NCBI GenBank assembly: GCA_918797485.1
Contig: CAKKNE010000005.1
Location: 3,100,001 to 3,164,000 of the forward strand
DNA: 64,000 bases
Direction of reading: 5' to 3'
Origin: Pelagomonas calceolata
Taxonomy: Eukaryota
Both the position numbers and the translations under genes were made by a program. Within the stretch, counting starts at the first letter, position 1. The number at the start of each line of letters is the position of its first letter. This document shows positions 1 to 10,686 of the stretch, piece after piece. Under the pieces are notes generated by a model. That model was not told the origin of the DNA. It saw only the letters and a list, made by a program, of their open reading frames with translations, and searched no databases.

Positions 1-459
1 TTCGGTCAACTCATCCCCCGGGTCAGTATAAAACTCGAGCACCTTGAGCCTTGGGCAGCCGTTTCCGATAGCCCGCAGACTGTCGTCAGTGAGGCCATAC
101 ACCTTCAGCACCGTCAGATTTGGGCAGTTGGCACCGATGATTTTGATCGACGCCTCCGAGAGATCATTAGGAATCAGGCTCAAACATTTCACCCAAGACA
201 GCCGCGGGGCCTTGCGCAGGAAGGCCCGAAAAAATAATGTGTCGTTGATAATTACCTCTCCACGGGAGGGACGGGTGAAATCCTTTCTAGCGTCAAACTC
301 CCTCCAAAGCAAAGGCGCGCGCGTCGCGTGCAAAAAACCGCGCGACACCGCCTCCGCGCGTGCTCGGTCAGGCAAGGCCAGGAAGGACAGAGGACCCGCG
401 GACGCGTCCAGATCAATGGTAAGGTACGGGAACGCGCCGCCGCTGGAGGCGGCATTCAT
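1..459 (-). CDS. F-box/LRR-like protein, N-terminal part (runs off window start)
   Basis: Manual translation from ATG 459, open to base 1: MNAASSGGAFPYLTIDLD...LSFLALPDRARAEAVSRGF (F-box-like), then cysteine-containing LRR-type units IIGANCPNLTVLKVYG-LTDDSLRAIGNGCPRLKVLEF. Not in the ORF track because it is truncated. Confidence 0.7.
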   Translation of the reverse strand, partial: MNAASSGGAFPYLTIDLDASAGPLSFLALPDRARAEAVSRGFLHATRAPLLWREFDARKDFTRPSRGEVIINDTLFFRAFLRKAPRLSWVKCLSLIPNDLSEASIKIIGANCPNLTVLKVYGLTDDSLRAIGNGCPRLKVLEFYTDPGDELTE

Positions 460-475
460 TCGCGTTGCTATCGCT

Positions 476-683
476 GCGGTGGATTGAGCAGCGGAGCACA
501 ACTGACCCTGGTGGCGCACGGCGGCGTGTGATGAAGTGCTGCGGCTACCGATGCACAGCGTGCAGATCGCAGTCGTACAAGTTCACTGCTATATTTCTAG
601 CTTGTGAGAGGAGCGGTAACCACCAATTTAGCCCAAAAACTTTGCAAGGCAGAGGGGCTAGCGGCATGTAAGACACTAGCGAG
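476..683. repeat. Duplicated upstream region, copy 1 (copy 2 at 1835-2040)
   Basis: Shared blocks GCGGTGGATTGA(G)CAGCGGAGCACAA, GCGGCGTGTGATG.AGTGCTG.GGCTACCGA.GCACAG and TTCACTGCTATATTTCTAGCTTGTGA; each copy lies just upstream of a minus-strand gene. Confidence 0.9.
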
Positions 684-894
684 ACTTGGCACGAGTCTAG
701 CACCGTAACAATACCATCGCACGAGAACCTGTCCGAGTTCGAGCGCTTCCTGGAAAATAGAAGGAAGGGCGGGACGGACGCGGAGTTCTACGCCGCGAAG
801 GAGGCGAAGAAGGACGACCCGGAGGATGACTGGCTGAGCGAGATCAAGTACAAGCCGCCTAAGTAAGTAAGAGGTTGTATACAAAAGGGTCTAG

Positions 895-1809
895 TTAAAA
901 TGCTCCATCGAGTCCTTCAAGTTGGCGTTGGACAGACTCTCCGACAGAGCCCGGGAGCGCAAGCTCCACCTGCTGGACAAGCTCACAAGACAGGAGTCGC
1001 GCTTCGAAGGCGCGCCTGAGACTCGGGAAGGTCGCGCGCCCGCGGTACCTTCTCGAGGGGGCTTGCGAATCCCACGTCCGGTCCCACGCCCAAGAAGAGC
1101 CCCCCTGGCTTTCGACGAGCGCAGATAGAGCCGCGCCGTCTGCAGGAGTGTTCGTTCGTGTGTATATGATGACACCGCAAAGGCCCCGCCGCGCGAGGAT
1201 GGCATCTCGCCGGGCGCGAAGGGCGTCGGCACGAACCTCATCGCCCCGCGGCCGGTTCTCTGGCGGGCAGGTTCGCATGGCCTCGACCGCCAACTGAAGA
1301 ACGGCGCTCGCGGCGGCCCACGCGGCCGCCGGTCCTGCTTCGAAGGCATCGCAGGCGTGGAGAGCAGTTGCGAAGCCTCGCCGCTGCGGCCAGCGGGGCG
1401 GCCAGCGAGGCGTCGTGCGGCCCTCTGGCGGAAACAAGAGCTCTCCCTCCTGCGCTAGGTACTCGTAACACCGCGTAAGGAAGTTCTGGTTGAGCCGTTC
1501 GGCGTTCCCTCCGATACTGCGCACCCCCCCGAGATGCGCGCGCATCAAGGGTAAGACCCGCTCTCGCGCCACGTTCTCGCAGAATGAGCGCCCAGTCTCG
1601 TCCCTCTTGCCGAATGCCCGTGCGCACGCATTCAGACGAGCTAAAGACCTACCGTCGAGAAGCGGCATCAGCGCTCGCCGAGACGGAAACAGTGCGTTGG
1701 ATATGATGATTTGCGTCAGTACCTCCGGTTCCGCCGCGGCGCCGTCGAGCCTGATTCCAGAGAGATCACCGCTCAGAGCACCGCCAGAGGCTTGGTTCGT
1801 ACGTGCCAT
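895..1809 (-). CDS. Hypothetical protein with F-box-like N-terminus
   Basis: 304-aa ORF; LMPLLDGRSLARLNACARAF resembles an F-box; N-terminal ASGGA is shared with the gene at 1-459. The 3' end is uncertain. Confidence 0.5.
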   Translation of the reverse strand: MARTNQASGGALSGDLSGIRLDGAAAEPEVLTQIIISNALFPSRRALMPLLDGRSLARLNACARAFGKRDETGRSFCENVARERVLPLMRAHLGGVRSIGGNAERLNQNFLTRCYEYLAQEGELLFPPEGRTTPRWPPRWPQRRGFATALHACDAFEAGPAAAWAAASAVLQLAVEAMRTCPPENRPRGDEVRADALRARRDAILARRGLCGVIIYTRTNTPADGAALSALVESQGGSSWAWDRTWDSQAPSRRYRGRATFPSLRRAFEARLLSCELVQQVELALPGSVGESVQRQLEGLDGAF

Positions 1810-1834
1810 TGATGCAAAGCGTGAGCTACGTTAC

Positions 1835-2040
1835 GCGGTGGATTGACAGCGGAGCACAAACCGTAACAAGTGGCGCACGCGGCGTGTGATGGAGTGCTGG
1901 GGCTACCGAGGCACAGGCGTTTCGATCGCTTTCGTTCCACTTCACTGCTATATTTCTAGCTTGTGACAGGACCGGTAAGGCCACCGCTGACCCGCAAAAC
2001 TCGAGGGCCAAGACGCTAGCGGCCGATAACAACTAGCGAG
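1835..2040. repeat. Duplicated upstream region, copy 2
   Basis: Aligns by eye with 476-683, including the terminal CTAG motif. Confidence 0.9.
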
Positions 2041-2111
2041 CGGGACACGCCGTCGCCGCGACCCCCATGCCGCCACGCAAGCATCTACTACGTATATTTT
2101 AGGCTAATGGA

Positions 2112-4469
2112 CTATGGGTCGTCGTCCGGGTCCGTCTCCTCCTCGTCGCCGGCCCCGAGCGCCGCCGACAGGTCGCCGACGACGTCGAGCTCCTCCTCCT
2201 CGTCCATCGGCTCGTCCTCGTCGTCGTCGTCGTCGTCCTCCTCCTCCTCGTCATCTAGGTCCTCCTCCTCCTCCTCTTCTGCAACGGGAGCCTCCTTTTG
2301 CAACCTGATATCATCAGCAGCTAACCGCTCGACGTAGTCCGCCTTCCGCCGACCACTGACGGGTAAGCCCCTATCTCTGAGTAAATCCTTGAGGACCTTC
2401 ACGGTATACTTGGAGTAGTCCACATCAATATCTCCAGCGGTAGGTAGCGGTAGCGGCTGCTTCGGGCCCTTCGGTGCCTTTTTCGCACGTTTCTTCTTCC
2501 CTAGAGGAAAGAGCTCGTCGTCGTTCAACCGTAGACACGGCGGCGGCCGCTGATCTCGCGCCTCATCACTCGTAGCGTCGTCGCCCTCGAACAAAGGCGG
2601 GAGCCATTTGAAGCCCATGAGATCCAGGAACCTTTTTCTTTCCGCGAAGTGGCGCTCGAACACAGGCTGCTGGGCCCGGACTTCATTCACCCACCGTCCC
2701 AGCGGCGCATTCCTCAACGGTAGCGGCCAGGGGTCCTCGTTGGGGACCACAAAGTCCCACCTGACATTTAACGACCCCTTGATCTTGCTGAACGAGAAGA
2801 GGCACCCTAAGAACTCGTTCCAGGACAAACCGGAGATGCGCCGGTCGCCCCACTCAAACCCAAGCTCATCTAAGGTTTGTCGTTGCTCATCATCCACCCT
2901 AGCGTCTCCCACTCGTAGAGCATCGACGGCTCTCCCCAACAACAACCCTCGCGTGTGCTCGGGCCACGGCGTTTCCTTCTCTACAGCAGACGGCTCGACG
3001 TACGACTCCTCGAGAGCTAAGAGATCAGCTTCGGACGGCTCCTCGTCGAGCGACGGGAAATCACCCAACAAAGCGGCGTCTTCGTCTTCTGAGGGTGACG
3101 CCGCCGACAAAAACGCCGCTAAAGCCGCATCGAGATCCTCCACCTCCTCCTCGACGCCTTCTTCCTCAACCCCATCATCCTCGGGCACCACAAAATCAAC
3201 CGGAACGTCTAGATTGCCGAATCTCGTCTGGTACTCCCGGAGGGCATCGACGACATCTGCAAAGTCGAAGCCCCCATCGAAGTCGTCGAAGCGCCACCCC
3301 TCACTCTGTCTTCGCTGCAACTCCTCCGGGGCGATGAGCGACTCATCTAGGAAGTCTGCGTCGAGCGACGCAACGCGAGGCCGCGGCGGCTCCTCGACCT
3401 CTTCGACGTCCTCCTCATAAGCCTCACCACTAATGCCGGCCCAGGCCGGCACGGGTACCGCTTCCCCACTTGATTGTGATGATTTCAAGACCGCGTCTAA
3501 CAAGCTCCCCGGCTTTTCCGGGGCCGGCGGCGGCGCGTCGTTCAATGCCAGTCCCAAATCTCGCAACCGCGCTCGTCGCTCCGGATGGCGCTTGAGGAAG
3601 GTACCATGAGAACGAATGGCGTTCACTCGACTCCCGAGCTTCATCGCCCACGCGTCCTCGGGCCACTGATCATCAGAGGGCACGACGAACGTCTGCTGCA
3701 CGTTCAAATGCCCGTGGACGCGCTTGAAGGCTTCTAATGCACTATAGACGATTTCGAAGCGCTTGGCCGTGGATTGGCGCTCGGTCCGCCCGCCGCTTTC
3801 GCCCGCTGGCTTAAGCGCGCCCAAGGATATCAACTTCGCTTCGCGCTCCGCTAATTCCGGTCCTTCAAAATAGGGGTGGTCCGGGTCCCTGAGAGCCTCG
3901 ACTCTAGCGCCTAGAGGTAGCCCTCTACAACTGGGAGGCCAGGGGTCCGCGTTCGGCACGACGAAGGTAGAAGGTACTGTTGATTCACCGTTCTCTCGCT
4001 GGTAGACTTCCAAGGCAGTAACTAACACATCAAAGGGCTCGACGGGCTGCTTCGCCTGCTGACTTGCTGAAGGTCGTCGTAAACGCCATTCAAAGCCCAT
4101 GTCGTCCAGAACCCTTCTACGTGTCTCGTCGTCGACGTAGCGGCCCGTTGCTCTTATTGAGGCCACTCGTTGGCCGAGTTTCAATCCTCGGCATTCTTGA
4201 GGGTACGAGGGCTGATCTTCGGGCACCGTGTATCTGGTAGGAACTCGTAAATCGCCGTGCTCCTGCTTGTAAGCTTCTAAGGCCGTGATGAGCGTGTTCC
4301 ATTCATCTAGGTCCTTTTCTTCTCTTGTCCTCGGGGCGGTCTGTTCCTCGGTCGCGAGCATGCGGAGCCGGCTTGGTCGCTGTGGTGTGAGCGCGGTGCG
4401 GTGCTGGGGGCATCGCGGCGACGGCACGAGCGCGGCCGCGACGGCGGCGAGCGCTAGGCCTCGGCGCAT
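2112..4469 (-). CDS. Helicase-associated (HA) repeat protein with C-terminal SAP domain and predicted targeting peptide
   Basis: About five repeats of L..YK..HG.L.VP..F.VP....WP.....LG..V..IR...LDDMGFEW; SAP-like YTVKVLKDLLRDRGLPVSGRRKADYVERL; start MRRGLALAAVAAALV looks like a signal peptide; acidic tail. Confidence 0.75.
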   Translation of the reverse strand: MRRGLALAAVAAALVPSPRCPQHRTALTPQRPSRLRMLATEEQTAPRTREEKDLDEWNTLITALEAYKQEHGDLRVPTRYTVPEDQPSYPQECRGLKLGQRVASIRATGRYVDDETRRRVLDDMGFEWRLRRPSASQQAKQPVEPFDVLVTALEVYQRENGESTVPSTFVVPNADPWPPSCRGLPLGARVEALRDPDHPYFEGPELAEREAKLISLGALKPAGESGGRTERQSTAKRFEIVYSALEAFKRVHGHLNVQQTFVVPSDDQWPEDAWAMKLGSRVNAIRSHGTFLKRHPERRARLRDLGLALNDAPPPAPEKPGSLLDAVLKSSQSSGEAVPVPAWAGISGEAYEEDVEEVEEPPRPRVASLDADFLDESLIAPEELQRRQSEGWRFDDFDGGFDFADVVDALREYQTRFGNLDVPVDFVVPEDDGVEEEGVEEEVEDLDAALAAFLSAASPSEDEDAALLGDFPSLDEEPSEADLLALEESYVEPSAVEKETPWPEHTRGLLLGRAVDALRVGDARVDDEQRQTLDELGFEWGDRRISGLSWNEFLGCLFSFSKIKGSLNVRWDFVVPNEDPWPLPLRNAPLGRWVNEVRAQQPVFERHFAERKRFLDLMGFKWLPPLFEGDDATSDEARDQRPPPCLRLNDDELFPLGKKKRAKKAPKGPKQPLPLPTAGDIDVDYSKYTVKVLKDLLRDRGLPVSGRRKADYVERLAADDIRLQKEAPVAEEEEEEDLDDEEEEDDDDDDEDEPMDEEEELDVVGDLSAALGAGDEEETDPDDDP

Positions 4470-5003
4470 GCTCGCCCGGCGCTGGCAGTGCAACCTCGCT
4501 CGAGTGCAGGGCGGTGCAACTTTGCAGGCGGGCGCGGCGCAAGGCGTAAGCGCCTGCACGCAACGTGTGGTTGCCAAGCAGCTAGGAAACGCTGTCAACA
4601 GCTACGATGATAGCCGCGCGGTGGACAAATGGGCCGCTGTTCAGTGCTTAATCACACCAGGTCTAGAGTCCAGCTACACTAGCGTCGAGCAGTTCAGCTG
4701 ACTGATTGTTCGCCTGTTGGCGTTCTCCGAGGCGTGCTGCGAGCGATAGCTGCGAAAATCACCGCCAGGACTGCGGCGGGTCGAGAGCAACTCTCCACAG
4801 TCCGGTGATGGCATTGCTCCACGCTCGACGCAGCACTGCATAAGAGCTTAAGCAGCAGTCGCAAGAGAGTCTACGGTACCAATACTCAAACTGCAAGTGA
4901 ATAATTGCAGCGCTGAGGCCGGCGTTTGCGAGATTGTGCTGCCAGGCCTGCACCACTCTGCAGCTGATCGCTCGACGTAGCGCATAACTGCTTCCAAAGC
5001 GAG

Positions 5004-6419
5004 ATGTGCCGTAATGCGACGCCAGCCGAGCTCGAACTGGTCCACAAAGAGGACGACGTCACGACGATCCTCGTCGACGACGACAAATGGGACGAGCTCG
5101 CGAGCGACACGCCGCAGGGAGCGTACTCGCGCAAGCCGATCATGACACTGTGTTTTGCGATGTTCGCGAACAGTGTGGCATTGACGAACGTATTTCCGTA
5201 CGCGGGCTTTATGATTCTTCATTACGGCCTCACTGAGGACGAGACCCGAGTCGGCTTCTACGCTGGTTACTTGATGACGTCCTTCATGGCCGGGCGGCTG
5301 CTGTCGTCGTTCTACTGCGGCGCGCTGTCGGACCGCATCGGCCGCAAGGCGGTCATACGGATAGGGCTCTGGAGCTGTCTCGTGTTTTCGATAGGATTCG
5401 GTTTTTCCCCGACCTTCGCGATCGCGCTATCCATGAGGCTGTGTATGGGACTGTTCAACGGCCTCACGGGAGTCGCCAAGGCGGCAATACCGGAAATTGT
5501 ACCGAAGGGTCCCGAGCAGCAGACGGCCATGGGCTACGTAGCAGGTATGTGGAACGCGGGCATGGTCGTCGGCCCGGCCGCGGGCGGCGTGCTCGCCGAG
5601 CGCCCGGTCAATAGTCTGTTCCGGCGATATCCGTATGCGTTGCCAAATATTTTCGCCGCGGGCCTCGCGCTGCTTGCGCTGTGTGTCATCGAGGCCTGGC
5701 TGCCGGGGAAGACGTCGTACGCCAAGATCAGCGACGAAGATAAGGACGAGGAGGAGCCGGCGCCGCGCCGAGCGTGCGCGCGCGCGCCGCGGACGTCGTG
5801 GCTGCCCATCGGCGTCTACTGTTTCCTGTCGACGTTCAGCATCTTCTACGAGGACTGCTACCCGCTCTGGCTGCTGACACCTCGCGACGAGGGAGGCATG
5901 GGCATGGCTGTGGATGAGATCGGCGCCGTTCTGAGCGCTACCGCGGTATTTACGGTGGCTTATCAATTTCTCATATTCCCCTTTATCTCGGAGCGGATGC
6001 CGTCGCATATTTTGTTCCCAACGTCAGCCGGACTCTCGGCAGTACTGATGCCTGTAGCTGTCGTCATTGCTAGGATGAAGCCCGGCGCGGCGACGACGTG
6101 GGCTGCATTGATCGCTCACAATATCGTGTACCGTTGCGCGGTCTCCAACGCTTACACAGCTTGCTTCTGCACGATCAACAATTCCTGCGCGACCAATGCG
6201 CGCGGTGCCGTCAACGGCTTCGCGATGAGCGTCGCGTCGGCGTTCAAGGCGGTAGGGCCATCCATGGGCGCGTCGATGTACGCCTACGGCCTCGATAAAG
6301 CGCCCAACGGCGGCGTCGGCGTGCTGGCCGTGTTCGGCGGCGTTGGAGCGGCTTTAGGCGTGACGGCGTTGGTCGCCTGCAAGTACATGGGCGCGGAATA
6401 CGACACGCCCCTCGATTGA
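5004..6419 (+). CDS. MFS transporter (ZIFL-like)
   Basis: About 12 hydrophobic segments; motif A GALSDRIGRKAVI; VGPAAGGVLA; YPYALPN. Confidence 0.9.
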   Translation: MCRNATPAELELVHKEDDVTTILVDDDKWDELASDTPQGAYSRKPIMTLCFAMFANSVALTNVFPYAGFMILHYGLTEDETRVGFYAGYLMTSFMAGRLLSSFYCGALSDRIGRKAVIRIGLWSCLVFSIGFGFSPTFAIALSMRLCMGLFNGLTGVAKAAIPEIVPKGPEQQTAMGYVAGMWNAGMVVGPAAGGVLAERPVNSLFRRYPYALPNIFAAGLALLALCVIEAWLPGKTSYAKISDEDKDEEEPAPRRACARAPRTSWLPIGVYCFLSTFSIFYEDCYPLWLLTPRDEGGMGMAVDEIGAVLSATAVFTVAYQFLIFPFISERMPSHILFPTSAGLSAVLMPVAVVIARMKPGAATTWAALIAHNIVYRCAVSNAYTACFCTINNSCATNARGAVNGFAMSVASAFKAVGPSMGASMYAYGLDKAPNGGVGVLAVFGGVGAALGVTALVACKYMGAEYDTPLD

Positions 6420-6661
6420 TGTTTCATGTCAAGTTTGTGTCTAGTCTAAGTATCCTTGTTTTCTAGATTGATCGGTCCGTTTCGTGCGGGGGTGATGAAG
6501 CTGCGCGGCACCGTTGGCGGAATTATAAGGCTGTACGCGGCCGGGAGGAAGCCCAACCGGCACAGCGCGCAGATACGGGTACCATTTGGTGCGCTGACCG
6601 GTGGTGCGCGGCGTGAGGGGCAGCCGCTACGCGCAACAACAGCAGTTGGGCAGCAAACAGG

Positions 6662-9104
6662 ATGCTGGGCGGCCTGGGCGGCGGCGGCGACGATGAGGGC
6701 GACCCCTACAACTTCGACATGGGCGGCGGCGACGACTTCGGCGGCTTCGGCCAGTCGGACAGCTTTGATGATGCGCCCAAGCGGCCCGCGAAGAAGGCGC
6801 CCCCGAAGCGCCCCTCCAGTAAAGCCGGCCGCTCCCTCGGGCCCAAGCCCATCTCGAGTGATGTGGGCACGAAGACCTTCAAGAAGGCAAGTGCAAGCGA
6901 CGTCCTCGCGAAGGCCCAGGCTATGTTGAGTAAGGCGCCCACCGGAAGCGGCCAAAAAAAGAAGGAAAGTCGTAGGTCAAGGTCGCCGTCGATGGACGCC
7001 GATGGGATCATGGCCAACTTGAGCTCCTCAGAAGACGGCAGCCCGAAGAAGAAGACGACGACGCTGCGGAGGCTCGACACGCAGTCGTTCGACCCTGACA
7101 GTTCATTTGCGGAAGACGAGGAGGCCGAGGTGGACCTGCAGCCGCAGCAGGCCACGTCCCCCGTGAATGATGATGACGACGACGAGAACATTTTGAATTC
7201 GGAAATAGCACGGCAGTCCGTCTATGGGCAAGTGCGGGACGCGTCCGCGCTCGTCCAAGAGGAGGAAGTGTCAGAAGATGAAGTCGCAGAAGAGGAGGAG
7301 GAGGAGAATCCACCGTTGACGGAGACGGCGAAGGCCCAGTTCACCTCGTCGATCCACGGCAACGTCCGCAGCATCACGGACTTGCCTTCTCGATTGGGAG
7401 CGCCGCCAACCAGAGACTCGTCGCAGTTCGAGTTCGGGGCGGAAGTGCTCCAATCACCTCGCGCGCCGGCCGCGGCACCGAGTCAATCCCCGCAGAAATT
7501 ACCTCCACGTCAACCGAAGCCCAAGATGCGGCGCCAGGTCTCCTTCGACGCGGCGCACGCGTCTAGGGACGACGCCGTGCAGATGCGTGAGTCGAACGAG
7601 GAGGAGCCCCTCGACGAGAGCGTGGCCGACGAGTCTCTGGAAAGATCTCCGGCACTGTCGGGGAGACCCTTCGCGTCGGACAACTCCGGCGAGTTTTTAC
7701 GGGAGTCTATTGATGATGAGACGTACTCGGAGGAGTTCCACGAGGGCACGATGTCGCGGACGGCGTCGCCGCGAGCGCCCGCCGGGCCGCCCCTCGTGCC
7801 TCCCGTACAGCAGGGGCCGCCTGCGTCCGTCGTCGCGCCGCCGATTCCTGCCGTCGCGCCGGCACCTGCGCCGCCGCCGCCGCCGCCTCAGAAACCTACA
7901 ATAGTGGCCGACGACCTGCCCTGCGGCGTAGATTTTACGCTGCGGCTGGACAAGGTACCTCTATCAGAATTAGATGGGTCCGTCACTCGACTAGTGGAAG
8001 AGGACGTGTCGAGGGCGTTAGGTATACCACGACGGGTCGTGCAGGTAACAAGTGTGAGGGAGTCGCTGGCCGGGCCGCAGGCGTCGGTGCTAGAATGCCG
8101 CATCCAGGTTAAAGATGGGGCTTCGGCGAGAAGATTGGGCGAGGTGCTGACGCGCGCGCCGCCCATTTTGTTGGAGAGACAAGCGCCGGACTTTTCGTCT
8201 TGTAGATATTTAGACAGAGTGCGGGTCCGGGACGACCCTTCACCGAAAGCGATGCCCACGGCCTACCCCTTCGGCGAGGCGACGAAAATCAGAGGCCCGG
8301 CGTCGGGCCCGCAGCCCGTCCGTTTACTAGTCTACGACGAGGATGAAGATGAGGATGTGGACGTCGACGAGGCCGAGGGGGCCTTGCACTTAGTACGAAC
8401 GAGGGAGGTCGCCACCCAATTCTGCGGCAACGACGCTAGTATTCAGACGGCCTACGTCTTGGCCCGTGTGGAGATCCTTGCGAGAGACCTTCGCCGCCCT
8501 CCACGCCATCGAGCAGACGCAGCTACGGAGAAAACGCGTCGATGGCGTGGGGTGCCGACATCCAGTTTTCACACAGGTACCAGAGACCATGGGCGCCGCG
8601 CACCCGGCCTTCAAGGCCATGACCCGCGCGACGGACGCCGCGATGAACTCGCTGGATCCGGCGTCGTTCCTGGAGCAACCGCCGCCACCACCACCTCAAC
8701 CGTACATGTACGGCTACCCGCCGCAACCCTACATGATGATGCCACCTCCCCAAGTGTCTCCTACCGTAATGAAGGAGGCGAGAGCCGATTTTGATAGGAT
8801 GTTGAGGGACCAGCAGAAGTTGCATGATATGCTCGCCTCCGTGCGTCAAGATCTGGAGAAGGCCCACGCCGACGTCATGAACGCGGTGCCCCAGACCGCC
8901 ATGCCGCCCGCCGCTTCTGTGATCAAGGAGCCGCGGCCGCCGGACCTGCCCTACTGGAAGGCGTACATGGACGTCGACCCGGCGCTTACGGAACAGGAGG
9001 CGCGCGAGCTCGCCTTCAACGACGTCAAAGGCAAGTCCATGGAGGACGTGGGGACGGGGCCCGTCGGCGCCGAGGAGGCCAAGGCGGGCGGGCCGCGCGA
9101 GTAA
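6662..9104 (+). CDS. Low-complexity hypothetical protein, join(6662..8455,8577..9104)
   Basis: ORFs 6662 and 8466 join in frame (IQTAY|VPETMG) after removing the GT..ACACAG intron 8456-8576. Confidence 0.7.
8456..8576 (+). mobile_element. Introner-like intron (121 bp)
   Basis: GT donor 8 nt before CCGTGTGGAGAT; internal CCACGCCATCGA...TCGATGGCGTGG hairpin; ends TTTTCACACAG; TSD largely decayed. Confidence 0.75.
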
Positions 9105-9120
9105 GAGTCATAGACTAAAA

Positions 9121-10400
9121 TTACATAAACCCTGCCTTCGCCGCGTGGAGCCTCCTCTCAAAGTGGTTGATCTGCCGCTCGGCCTTGAGCAGGCGACAGT
9201 CCCCCCTATGTCTTTTCCAGTCCGCCTTCTGGCAGTCCTGTGTGGAGATGGGCTTTGTATCGATGCGTCGCGGCGATGGCGTGGGCGCCGCCTCCAAGCC
9301 ATCGACGCGTGAGGTGCGAAGATTCGGGGGACGCCGCGACGTACGGGCGAGCAGTACATGACGGACCGGCACCGCGCGCAGGTCTTGAGGGGCAGGCCGT
9401 CCGGCGCTCTAGCGCGGTCGCAGCCCTCGCGGCGACAGCGCGCGGAGGGGTCGCGAAGATTATATGGGCTCCCTGGCATCGCCGTCCGCGAGATGGACAC
9501 CACGCCGGTGTAGTCAGCGTGAAGAAGCCGCACAAGGGCGTCGAAGGTCCCCGACCGCACCCACCGCTTATGCAGGTCGTACGCGGTCGATGGACCAGCT
9601 GCGAACCGATGCCGCACGCCAAAGGGTTCCGTCGAGTCGAGGAAGTCCTCCCACGCGTGCTCCGCTAGCGCCCTGGCGCGCGCGTACTCCGCCTCGGTGA
9701 TCCCCCCGGACGCGCGGAGCGACTCGAGCGTCGAGATTCGGTCCGCCATGGAAGGAAGCTCAGGTCGCTCCGCGACGGCCAGCTGCAGAGGCGCAGGTGG
9801 AGTGTATCGGGGATCGGCCAGCTGCACGATGCGCTCGATGCACGGCCTGCAAAACAGGCGAGGCATCATGCGGATTTTGGGGCCCGTCTCTGTGATCTGC
9901 GCAAGCGCCTGCCAGACCATGAAATACGTGGCGTCGCCGCCCGGCGCGGCCGGCTGGGCGCAGCGCGGGCACTGGAGGCAGGCCCGGTGGTCGGGCCAGG
10001 GGCAGTCGGCGTCCACGCGGTACTGGACGCGCCAGTTGTCGACGTCTTCATTGGTGAGCCGTACCTCGCCGGCCCAGGCGAATGCGAAGCCGCCCAGCGA
10101 GCCCGGCGGCGCCGGCAGACTGTGTATTTCTTGTTCCTGGCGCCAGGTGCGCGTCGACTCTGCCTCGCGGAGCGTGAGAATGCGCCCGCCCTCGAACCGC
10201 ACCTGCTCGTCGCTCTGCCCCAGCCCGCGGTCGCGCGTGACGGTAACGTCCATCGGTTCTATTTCCGACCGCGTCATCTCGAACTCCATCTCTGGCGCGC
10301 CCTTGGCCGGGTCGAAGAGCGTGAGGCAGCAGCCTGCGGCTTTCATGGCCTCATGCTCCAGGGTCCATGTGTAGAGGTAATCATTGCTGCGGTCGACCAT
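9121..10400 (-). CDS. MYND zinc-finger protein, join(complement 9345..10400, 9121..9237)
   Basis: Splicing 9238-9344 restores the MYND finger CRREGC...LKTCARCRSVMYCSP|DCQKADWKRHRGDC. Confidence 0.85.
9238..9344 (-). mobile_element. Degenerate introner-like intron (107 bp)
   Basis: GTACGT...ATCTCCACACAG with CGCGTCGATGGC/CACGCCATCG core; interrupts the MYND motif. Confidence 0.75.
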
Positions 10401-10686
10401 GGTTGTGTTTTGGGCGTGGTTAGCGCAAGAATCTCTTCACGAATATCGCAGCGTCGGGCCTGCTCTCCAGCAGACTTGCTCTCACTGCTGCCTCGGGCCT
10501 GAACGCTCCTGCACCTCACCCCGAGACCAGGTACCGTCCGGGGCGGCTCTCAAGTCGCCTTCGACGCAAAATACTAAGCGGTGCGGGCTCACCAAGTCGA
10601 GGTTCGGCTCGCTTTTGTCACGAGGCCATCTAGTATGTTACTATACGCTAGCTGCTAGCTTGCAGCGGCCGCATTAGGCGGCAGAC

